Source of the DNA: a virus | DNA: 64,000 nt | Strand: one strand, 5' to 3' | IMG/VR virus record: IMGVR_UViG_3300045988_112318 | Coordinates: 40,829-104,828 of that record | In this document: positions 57,101 to 64,000 of the stretch, piece after piece | Layout: the number at the start of each line of letters is the position of its first letter | Position numbering within the stretch: position 1 is the stretch's first letter | Position numbers and translations under genes: made by a program | The notes under the pieces: generated by a model | Told to the model about the DNA's origin: nothing | The model's database searches: none | What the model saw: the letters and a program-made list of their open reading frames with translations, nothing else

Positions 57101-60100
57101 ATCATTGAACGACAGGTGACCTCCCAACATAAGTGTCTTCAGCGCAGCTTCTCCTCCCGACTCGCTCTGAATCGTTCTTAATTTTTGCAAAAACGATTCT
57201 GATACGGCATTGGTAACATTATTTGATTCCTTTCTCCAAACTTCATTTATAGCTTGTATTTCTTTAGCCATCTTAAGTTGGTCGCCGGTTTTTTCCACTC
57301 TCCTGGTTCCTACATATATGTATTCTGAAGCTGCTTCCTTACGTTGTTTACGAAGCAGTCCTTCTTCTTCGTAATTGCTGCTTTTAAAATAGGCAACCTC
57401 ATCAAAATTACCACCGCTATCAATAAAAGGCTGCCTCAATATCCGTTTTTGCCTGGATAGAGCATTAAGGTATTCTTTGGTTGTTTGAGAAACCGGATAC
57501 CCTAATTCTTCTTCAGCCTTTTTGTATATGGATTCCATTCTTGTGGCATAACTTTCGCTAAATTCCAGTTCCGAATTTTCAGCATCCCACTTTTCCATCT
57601 GTTCTGTATAAATCTTTTCCTGCTCGATGGTAAAAATATCGGTATTAACTCTATCAGACGATGGTTTGAATTTAGCGTTTTCAGTAACCGTATTTCCATC
57701 CTTGTCAACTACTTCTCTTTTAAATACGTAATTACGGTTATTGTCAACCACATCACCAATTTCTTCTTCTGATATCTCTATGTTCATGGCAGTCGCAAAC
57801 GCTCGCATCTGCGCCAGCTTCTTATTACGATCGTATTTAGCCATATCAAGAGCACTACGAAGGTAATTAGAAGTTTTGCCGTCTACTTTCTGAAGCAGTT
57901 TTTCAAATTCAGATTTGTTAAAACCATGCTTTTTAGCATATGCCAGGAAGTCGGATATGGCGGGCTGGGCATTCACCATCGCATTGTAATTGTCTTTGGC
58001 AATCATAGCTCCAAGAGCGTTATTGAACGGGCTGGAGGAATGTTCTAATATACCAAACCACCTACTTATCCAGGACACATCATGTTGAACCTTATCAAAG
58101 AACTCTTTTACTCTCTTTACCTTATCTGCCGGCACATGAAGTTCGTTCATTAACTTGTCAAGCAACGTACTTTCATCAAGATCTTGTACTGATTTAATAT
58201 CAGACTGAATACCGTTGATGTCGGCAATGACGGTATTGATCCTATTTGTATAATCCTGCTTTTCACGCTCATCAAATTCGGTACTTCTGTTACGGATATA
58301 TCCTCGAAGATCGTTCATGATCGGAAGAACCTGATTGTTGATAATATCTACGTTCTTTCGATCATTGGTATTGAAATGAAGCTTACCGTCTTTGGTATCA
58401 CCATGAAGGATGGTGTTCACCACATTGCTTAAGTATCTGACCTGAGCTTCGGCTGTAGAGATCATGCTGTTCATGGCAGCCGCCATCTCATTCTTGTCTA
58501 TTTCGGTCTCTACTTTATTTATCTTATCTTCTATGGTCTTAAGCTGGGCAAGGGTCATAGACGTAGTTACAGCCCTATCAGAGCTTATCTGACGTAAGTC
58601 TCTTAACGTTTTTCTCAATGCCCGGATCTTAGACTCAAGAAACTTGTTCTTCTTCATAGAAGAAAGGGAATATAATGTAAAATCATTATCCTTCAAAAGA
58701 GAAGTATCAAATCCTTTATCTATGTCGGTAATAGCAAGATCACGAATATTTTTAATAACGTTATTCAAATCCTGTCTTTGGGTTGATAAAGCTGATTTAA
58801 GCCAGTTTACAATTCCAGAGAGAAGCTGCCGGACGCGCCCCAGGAAGGAGGTGGGCTCTACCGGCGCCTGTGCTGTGCCGGTCTGCATCTCCCTGGCGAG
58901 GATCTTTCCAAGAATTTCTCTCCTAACAGCATTATCAAGTTCAGAGCCTTCATATACCTTACCGTATGTATTATAATACTGACCTGCATACTGATTCCAT
59001 TCTTCAGTGCCTTCTACATCTTGCAAAACAGATTCAACAGCATTCTGATCTCTGTACGCCTCTACGAGAAAGTGTGCTGTTTCTTCTACTAAGTCAGACA
59101 AAGTAGCATCTTCACCGACTGCTATTACGTTATTGGCAATATCCGCCAATGCCTTAGCAGAAGGTTCGTGTCCGTATTTAGTTTGGTACTTCTCTATATA
59201 ATCGGTCATGCCAACGACACTAACGCCCAGCGTTTTCAGTATCTCAACAATAGAATTTCGTTGATTACGTTCCTCTTGGCTATAATCCGATACTATCTTA
59301 GCTTTAGTATCAGCATAAAGATCATTGTCTTCTAATATAAATGAAACTACAAGCGCATCAAAGTGATCGTATTTAGCATCCAATTCATTGTATCTTCCAG
59401 ACTTAAGATCGCTCTTTATCTGCTCCTTGCTAACTCTTTCTGTTCCTCCGGTGGCGAGTCTCATAGTTACCTTACTATTATCCAATGAATTTATGGTTAT
59501 CATACCCTGGTCGTTCATGGAAACATCGGAACCAAAATGATTACGGAGCTCAGTGTAGGATAAGGCTGAATTGAAAAGTCTAATTTGTCCTGTATGTCCT
59601 TCTCCTGTAATATAATAGCTTCTTGTTTCCGGATCGAATATCTTGGATCCGGACAAAAGACCTTTCTTTATAAGGTAGTTAATTATACCGCCTTTTGTTG
59701 ATAAAGAAGTAGAAGCAGAAGCGGTCATGACCGGTATAAAAGACTTGGGATTATTAAGAACATACTTTCCAGCCTTGTAAGTAATGTCTGCCACTCCATC
59801 CACGGTAGATTCTTGAACGATGCCTGATAAGAATCCTATTCTGATATCATTCCCGCCAGAGCGAAGAGCTTCTCCGTAATCTTCAAATAATTGATTACGA
59901 TCATTCATGAAAAACAAACGAGGCTCTCCGGTCTGATACGTTACACCCACAGGATTAGAATCTGTCTGTGGTAACTCTTCTGGGCTAAATATCTTAAGAC
60001 CGTCTTTTATAACCATATAATTAACACCCTTATCCTGTACCATAGATACGGGAGTAAAGTCCGAAGATATAGCATCTTGTAGATACTGCCCGGCGTCTAT

Positions 60101-60544
60101 TCCAGGTCCTTCCGGTACGGAAATACTTGACGGAACCATAGCATCCACCAACATAATATTATCACCCAGATCTTGGCTGTAAAATCCAAAGCCCGATTCT
60201 TGGATTTCATAAGGTGCATCTGATTTTGACACAAGAACAGGGTTACTCATCTTAGACGCCTTATCCAGCACCCTTTCTCTATAGGCTTCCGGAATAAGAT
60301 CGATGTTGGATTTTACCTTATTATAAGCCGGTTTGTTGATAGGCACTCTCTTTCTCCAGTCACCAAAAGCCTTTAAGAACTTATTAGAAAATACGGTTTT
60401 AAAAACAGTAGTAGCCCGTTCCCTATTCTCCATAAGAGGAATAGATGCTATTTTATCAAACAACATAGACCTGTCCCCTGATCTGGTAGAGACAGAAACA
60501 ACTTTATTTTTATTATCTCTTTTAATAATACACGTTGATGTCAT
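54122..60544 (-). CDS. giant 2140-aa virion-associated protein (function unassigned)
   Basis: Uninterrupted 6.4-kb ORF, mostly alpha-helical composition, lies in the structural (minus) block downstream of a TAnnTTTG element; no catalytic motif recognised by eye. Confidence 0.7.
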   Translation of the reverse strand: MTSTCIIKRDNKNKVVSVSTRSGDRSMLFDKIASIPLMENRERATTVFKTVFSNKFLKAFGDWRKRVPINKPAYNKVKSNIDLIPEAYRERVLDKASKMSNPVLVSKSDAPYEIQESGFGFYSQDLGDNIMLVDAMVPSSISVPEGPGIDAGQYLQDAISSDFTPVSMVQDKGVNYMVIKDGLKIFSPEELPQTDSNPVGVTYQTGEPRLFFMNDRNQLFEDYGEALRSGGNDIRIGFLSGIVQESTVDGVADITYKAGKYVLNNPKSFIPVMTASASTSLSTKGGIINYLIKKGLLSGSKIFDPETRSYYITGEGHTGQIRLFNSALSYTELRNHFGSDVSMNDQGMITINSLDNSKVTMRLATGGTERVSKEQIKSDLKSGRYNELDAKYDHFDALVVSFILEDNDLYADTKAKIVSDYSQEERNQRNSIVEILKTLGVSVVGMTDYIEKYQTKYGHEPSAKALADIANNVIAVGEDATLSDLVEETAHFLVEAYRDQNAVESVLQDVEGTEEWNQYAGQYYNTYGKVYEGSELDNAVRREILGKILAREMQTGTAQAPVEPTSFLGRVRQLLSGIVNWLKSALSTQRQDLNNVIKNIRDLAITDIDKGFDTSLLKDNDFTLYSLSSMKKNKFLESKIRALRKTLRDLRQISSDRAVTTSMTLAQLKTIEDKINKVETEIDKNEMAAAMNSMISTAEAQVRYLSNVVNTILHGDTKDGKLHFNTNDRKNVDIINNQVLPIMNDLRGYIRNRSTEFDEREKQDYTNRINTVIADINGIQSDIKSVQDLDESTLLDKLMNELHVPADKVKRVKEFFDKVQHDVSWISRWFGILEHSSSPFNNALGAMIAKDNYNAMVNAQPAISDFLAYAKKHGFNKSEFEKLLQKVDGKTSNYLRSALDMAKYDRNKKLAQMRAFATAMNIEISEEEIGDVVDNNRNYVFKREVVDKDGNTVTENAKFKPSSDRVNTDIFTIEQEKIYTEQMEKWDAENSELEFSESYATRMESIYKKAEEELGYPVSQTTKEYLNALSRQKRILRQPFIDSGGNFDEVAYFKSSNYEEEGLLRKQRKEAASEYIYVGTRRVEKTGDQLKMAKEIQAINEVWRKESNNVTNAVSESFLQKLRTIQSESGGEAALKTLMLGGHLSFNDRFWNEVESEQSARTESNNKASYLKMAHDIIGSTTSDRDATDVDSIVKDIEKNKAIIKEIIGNNRDVADIGEINEATFTLSERDAFRAASEAIEADYAILIDYAKMVGLEDIDKYLTKSSKAENEVNQSYLNALADSKEVEWKFVQRHTTAKKAKRIQALRDKLFKAADNRYLFTVSETNYLSEKLGISKELDGRDFRNAVNAKMASLFLNNTREEGVEEANAIVNEFARGQVFSYYKRMAPTGYAAMIDKIGRGEIDVAQMVKDVQNGTSTQDYGMNISYLSFDPARAWVAESEAENNGRNPDYVKDHGYGHRMPKKSLYRDESYFNDFGIKYDADGNEVATKNVEQWNMIQKLKEIKRQSLDLYKEQSPNLYAIPQISKQDIERIEGLGINFKNTVRNFVSDLCLDRVDDSLYGKTRQGEVYDPEDRLRSIPKYYIYELENQDDVSHDFGYSYSMLMMQSSLYNEKQKSIELAQGLEQMLLNKQFEGGKKAEATQAYQMFRDFFNDHYYGIRMNTKKLTVNIGGYTVDLTRIMMAVERFMSVMNLALSPFVAATGALTGHINLIMESAVGQYISKDSLKYASAEFSRLAPSCIAETGDIDRKSKLYVIGERMGIFNIRNRMYGAGYNRVARTLMRSPMYAFMEILNYPLDPQVMIATMDNVRYYKGRFYTFQDFKMEKERNKEQSTIKREWNALKDRTLWSMVDVVDGKVVVKPGSGVTVEEVETQMAITRNQVRSLSQICNGSLNEENRTAASRNWIARFMTAHRGWLVLAAQRLWKRRGFNFQTMQEEEGLSITLKNMIAKTFSLASESGMKNIIDAWNENKDNMNEVEKTNLKRLSVYAGTFLIMQAVSMLLAGWRDDDENEESWLTQFGSYVGFRTINEIASQMPFIMELNVVDIINDPFVMGRKLKDLTDLRNYSLDKVTSGTYKGESKLFRQLAKQTFIKQWYNIKTPEDVARAYNWWQQTNNKSMMFFIGATPDSEGDDDVSYK

Positions 60545-60567
60545 AGTAAAACATTTTTGTTATGAGA

Positions 60568-60575
60568 CAAAGGTA
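60568..60575 (-). promoter_or_regulatory. Bacteroidota -7 element (TAccTTTG on the minus strand) upstream of the giant gene
   Basis: Reverse complement of caaaggta lies about 24 nt upstream of the giant-gene ATG. Confidence 0.4.
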
Positions 60576-60686
60576 GTTAAAAATCAAGCATATCATAAAA
60601 AATAAAGCCACCTAACTTCTCAGTCTGATGGCTTAAAAATAATATGAAAAAAAATTATAATCTGACGAAAAATCGTCAAGTTCAGC

Positions 60687-61046
60687 TTATATGTAATGCA
60701 TGTACCCATCTCGGTGTATAAACCTTCCCGATTCAAAGCGCTCAATATCTTCAGGGCAAATAGAGCCTGAATCTTCTCTCCTGGCTTCAAACCAAAGCCC
60801 CGGCTTACGAAGTCGGCAAGTTATGATATAGTTGAAGCAATTGTGCGTAAAATGGAAAACAGATCCTACAGGGAAATACCTATCAGCTTGAAATACGATT
60901 CTTTTTCGTTTAGTATCAAACGTGATATCTCCTACTATCTTAGCCACGTAATAGCTTCTGCCATTTAACGTTTCATCTGTTTGTGGTATCCAATAATAAC
61001 CTCTTGCCATGCCACAAATATATAAAAAAAATCGGACAAGATACAT
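60687..61046 (-). CDS. hypothetical protein
   Basis: 119-aa ORF; alternative start at 61010 (MARGYYW). Confidence 0.45.
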   Translation of the reverse strand: MYLVRFFLYICGMARGYYWIPQTDETLNGRSYYVAKIVGDITFDTKRKRIVFQADRYFPVGSVFHFTHNCFNYIITCRLRKPGLWFEARREDSGSICPEDIERFESGRFIHRDGYMHYI

Positions 61047-61219
61047 GTCCTACTTTATATTACTTTGATTCGTTTTCAAACCGCTTTATAAGAGAAGCAA
61101 TATCATCACCACAAATAAACATCATTCGACGTTCTTCTTTTGGTTTATGAGACACTGGGATGGTTTTGTTTATCTTAATCTGATTCGCCAGACCTCTGCC
61201 TAAACGAATATCAACTTTT

Positions 61220-61537
61220 TTACCTTTCATGAATTATTTGTTTAAACAGACCAATTCCATCTGTTATAATATGACCGCTTTGCATACGACCATTATTAGG
61301 ATTATGTAGAAAATTGAAACCACTTTCTTTTTCCTGTCTTTCAAAAGAACTGATATCCTTTCCTCTACGGGCTCTTTCAAAAGCTTTCTTGAACAACTTG
61401 CCTCTAAAGGTCTTGACGAGGATCTTGGTAGCGTTATTGCCGGCTTTTACCATTGCTTTCCTTGCCTGGTCCTCCGAGACAAAACTGCTTCGGAAAATAT
61501 ACGATGCTGCTGCTTGTATGTCTTGTTTAGTAATCAT
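61220..61537 (-). CDS. hypothetical protein
   Basis: 105-aa ORF. Confidence 0.45.
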   Translation of the reverse strand: MITKQDIQAAASYIFRSSFVSEDQARKAMVKAGNNATKILVKTFRGKLFKKAFERARRGKDISSFERQEKESGFNFLHNPNNGRMQSGHIITDGIGLFKQIIHER

Positions 61538-61884
61538 ATGATAAACATTTCTTTCAGAATACTGATCTTTATTCCGTATATCAATTCCATCTCATCTCTA
61601 TCATATACGTCAAAAAAGGATTCACTGGGGTCCTTTGGATTTACGTTCAATTGAATTATGCAATTACCAGTATAAACCTTAAGCCTATAATTATCGGAGT
61701 ATATATTCTGCATGATTTCAAATGTCTCAATTAAATTTTCAACAAGTGCTCTGTTAAATGAAAAAGATTCTTTACCATCACCTTTAAATGTGATATGATC
61801 TAAATCCCTGTTGTCAAATTCATACTCTAACTGATTGCCGTCCATCATATTATAAATGATTGACTTTCTGATTATAAATCCCAT
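61534..61884 (-). CDS. hypothetical protein
   Basis: 116-aa ORF, overlapping stop/start with the downstream gene. Confidence 0.45.
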   Translation of the reverse strand: MGFIIRKSIIYNMMDGNQLEYEFDNRDLDHITFKGDGKESFSFNRALVENLIETFEIMQNIYSDNYRLKVYTGNCIIQLNVNPKDPSESFFDVYDRDEMELIYGIKISILKEMFII

Positions 61885-61901
61885 ATTGTTTTATTTTTTA
61901 G

Positions 61902-62207
61902 TTAATACAAATCTTCTGAATACAACTGTTCTCTAATGGCATTCCTATCTACCACCATCTCCTGATTATTGTTTCTAACAAGTTCAGACGCTTCCTCTCT
62001 TGTTAAAAACCGATTCTTGCTTGTCAAAAATCCTTGAACACTGCGGTTTTTATGGGCTATACCGTATGCCGCAAGTTGAGATAGTATAGAGGGGTGTCTC
62101 AATCCACAGAACACGGTTCCGGATGGTATATTGGTGGGCTGATAGGGACGCTTCTTGCCGTCCTGCACCCAGATGGCAGCGCATATCACGATTTCTTTAT
62201 TGCACAT
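61902..62207 (-). CDS. hypothetical protein
   Basis: 101-aa ORF. Confidence 0.45.
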   Translation of the reverse strand: MCNKEIVICAAIWVQDGKKRPYQPTNIPSGTVFCGLRHPSILSQLAAYGIAHKNRSVQGFLTSKNRFLTREEASELVRNNNQEMVVDRNAIREQLYSEDLY

Positions 62208-62209
62208 GA

Positions 62210-62485
62210 CTATAAATTTAATATTCCGTTTTTACCAATATGTTTCTTTTCTTCTTCAGTAGGCCATTCTTTCTTGAACTTACCGTGCCACGTTCCAGGA
62301 ACTACCACCACTTCGCCTCCCTTACTATATTCAATAGCGGCACATTCAGAACAAAGAGGCTTGCCTTCATATCCCTTTAGCGACTTATCGTAAATACGAT
62401 TCTTACAAGGTCTTATAAGAGCCCAGTAATATGATGTGGCTGTATTATCTATACAGCCACATTTTGAACATACAAACAAACTCAT
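62210..62485 (-). CDS. zinc-ribbon protein
   Basis: CSKCGC...PLCSEC. Confidence 0.45.
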   Translation of the reverse strand: MSLFVCSKCGCIDNTATSYYWALIRPCKNRIYDKSLKGYEGKPLCSECAAIEYSKGGEVVVVPGTWHGKFKKEWPTEEEKKHIGKNGILNL

Positions 62486-63213
62486 CCCGCAATCTCCCAG
62501 TCATTAGACATAATATCATGTTCGGTTGGATTCCAATTTGATGCTACTTTTTGACCTGTATCTACCATCAATATATTTACGTCAAACATACAGATATACT
62601 TTTTACCCCAATCGATTCTTTTTATCTTACGACCTAATTTAAGCCGTTCTAAAGCCTGTTCGAATGTCATGCCATGACGAGGCAGTTTGAGATACTTTTC
62701 AAGTCTGTCGGAGGCTTCATTTGGTGTATGGCCATCGTATTCGAAAGCGGTTTCTCTTTCAGGAACATCAAACAAATCCCAGTATTTGCTTTCATAGTGA
62801 TTAGATACCTGACCGGTAGGTAGGATCGCCATCACAATAAACCAATCATCAGAACCGAAGCATTTTTCTCCATCGCTGTGTCTCCTTGATTTGCAAACTT
62901 CAACCTGTCCGTTTCTGGCTAATAGATTAAAGAAGGCGGCATTATACAACATGCGGTACCGATACAATTCATTGAAAGTATGGTATCCATCAGAAACCTC
63001 TCCCATGTCTCCAGGTTCTGCTTCAGGTTCAGGATGATTCGGGTAGTGGTAGTCTACTGATGCCTCTAACACGGACTTTACGTGTTCCATTACCCTCGTA
63101 GCATCATCATGTTTAAAAAAATGCTTAATTCCTTCAACGAATTTAATATCTTCGTTGATTGCTGATTCGAACTCTTCTTTAGTCATTACCCTGACTGAAT
63201 CTTTTAATTCCAT
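62482..63213 (-). CDS. protein with C-terminal DUF2829 (Tad2-like) domain
   Basis: C-terminal 62 aa MTFEQALERLKLGRKIKRIDWGKKYICMFD...WNPTEHDIMSNDWEI match the DUF2829 pattern M.F.eAl.alk.Gk...R..W........W.ps..Dl.a.DWe. Confidence 0.55.
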   Translation of the reverse strand: MELKDSVRVMTKEEFESAINEDIKFVEGIKHFFKHDDATRVMEHVKSVLEASVDYHYPNHPEPEAEPGDMGEVSDGYHTFNELYRYRMLYNAAFFNLLARNGQVEVCKSRRHSDGEKCFGSDDWFIVMAILPTGQVSNHYESKYWDLFDVPERETAFEYDGHTPNEASDRLEKYLKLPRHGMTFEQALERLKLGRKIKRIDWGKKYICMFDVNILMVDTGQKVASNWNPTEHDIMSNDWEIAG

Positions 63214-63443
63214 TATTTGTAATATTTTAATTGTTCTGAAATCCTATATTTACTTATATCATCGCACAAGTTACACCCTCCTGTACATCCACAAATCAAA
63301 CAATACGAGTCTCTTTCTGTCTTCGATTTGGATTGAAAATCTCTTACGGCTTTAATCCAGATAGGAGAAATAATCTTACCGGAAAATACAGGTACATCTA
63401 AGATTAATGTTTCCATTATTTTGGCAAAATATTCATATAACAC
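63213..63443 (-). CDS. Cys-rich small protein
   Basis: CLICGCTGGCNLCDD. Confidence 0.4.
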   Translation of the reverse strand: MLYEYFAKIMETLILDVPVFSGKIISPIWIKAVRDFQSKSKTERDSYCLICGCTGGCNLCDDISKYRISEQLKYYK

Positions 63444-63631
63444 GGCACATCTACCACATCTCTTCTACGAAGTCCCTTATCAAAATAGGAAACCATATAA
63501 GTATTTTTACCTTCGTGATCAGGTCTGGGATCGAAACATTCAAAAACGAATCTTGTTACACCTTCCAAATGACCAAGCATGAAGACAAATTCGCCACCAT
63601 ATCTTTTATTAGCCAATTCTTCTACAGTCAT
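63416..63631 (-). CDS. hypothetical protein
   Basis: 71-aa ORF. Confidence 0.4.
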   Translation of the reverse strand: MTVEELANKRYGGEFVFMLGHLEGVTRFVFECFDPRPDHEGKNTYMVSYFDKGLRRRDVVDVPCYMNILPK

Positions 63632-64000
63632 AATCTGTCCCCTCCTAATCCTGAATTGATGCTAACATACTTAACACGGACATCATTTCCACGTCCAAGC
63701 TGACCCCCAGCCGGGCGATGGCGTTCCCTTGGCCGGAGCAGGGACAGCCCTAAGCCGAGACCAGTCCTGCTTTTGCCTCATGGCTTCAGCCTCTTTGTAA
63801 TACCGGTTACACAGTTCTTGATCCTCGTAACCAACGTAATCTTCCTTATTTTCCATATAGAATACTTTTTCAACAAAAGTACGACATTCATGAATTAATT
63901 AGATTTAAACCTAAATTCCGCAGCATTTTAGTTTAACTTATTTTATAAGTACCTGAGCAACAAAAAGTTGCTCAGGATTTTGCCATGTCAGATTTTTCAC

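Noticed and set aside
54122-60544. crAss-like virion RNA polymerase identity for the giant protein
   Set aside because: Could not find paired DxDGD-type catalytic motifs or other polymerase signatures by eye. Left as function-unknown.

Overview
This window looks like a low-GC (about 35-38%) segment of a tailed dsDNA phage or prophage that infects a Bacteroidota host. The host call rests on several TAnnTTTG -7 promoter elements sitting just upstream of gene starts. It also rests on the Bacteroidota-type outer-membrane beta-barrel and lipoprotein genes in the window, which are weak or absent Shine-Dalgarno genes.

Positions 1 to about 52,700 form one densely packed plus-strand block of early, replication and nucleotide-metabolism genes. 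Recognisable products are a RuvC-like resolvase, a sliding-clamp-like protein, an SSB-like protein with a DDLPF acidic tip, a dUTPase, a zinc-ribbon/TOPRIM primase, a DnaB-like helicase, an SF2 helicase and two PD-(D/E)xK nucleases, one of them Cas4-like with a 4-Cys cluster. The block also holds an N6A and a C5 DNA methyltransferase, an acyl carrier protein, an NfeD plus flotillin pair, an HAD 3'-phosphatase, a DHH-DHHA1 phosphoesterase, a CCA-adding-enzyme-like nucleotidyltransferase and a cluster of four tRNAs (Met-CAT, Gln-TTG, Arg-CCT, Cys-GCA). A moron island carries an OMP beta-barrel gene, a lipoprotein gene, a DUF1508 gene and an IS1595-family transposase. Most other plus-strand ORFs are small hypothetical genes, many of them Cys-rich zinc ribbons.

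From about 52,800 to the end of the window the genes run on the minus strand and look like a virion/late block. It contains a 2140-aa giant protein, two adjacent genes that share an MRRRF N-terminus (one with a DUF1566/C-type-lectin-like C-terminus), and a DUF2829 (Tad2-like) domain protein. A bidirectional terminator at 52726..52775 separates the two blocks.

The most unusual stretch is 9.78 to 13.43 kb, which is largely non-coding. It holds four ~31-bp iterons, palindromes, GC-rich structured islands, several direct-repeat families and two tRNA-like T-arm/acceptor fragments. I read it as a candidate replication origin plus one or more structured ncRNAs. A second promoter-plus-terminator unit with no ORF lies at 18.97 to 19.23 kb.

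Several gene modules look like candidate counter-defence or exclusion systems: the tRNA-end repair kit, the Tad2-like domain, a minimal ABC ATPase module, and flotillin/NfeD/ACP. None can be confirmed without searches. Manually counted coordinates for features not taken from the ORF track may be off by 1-2 nt.
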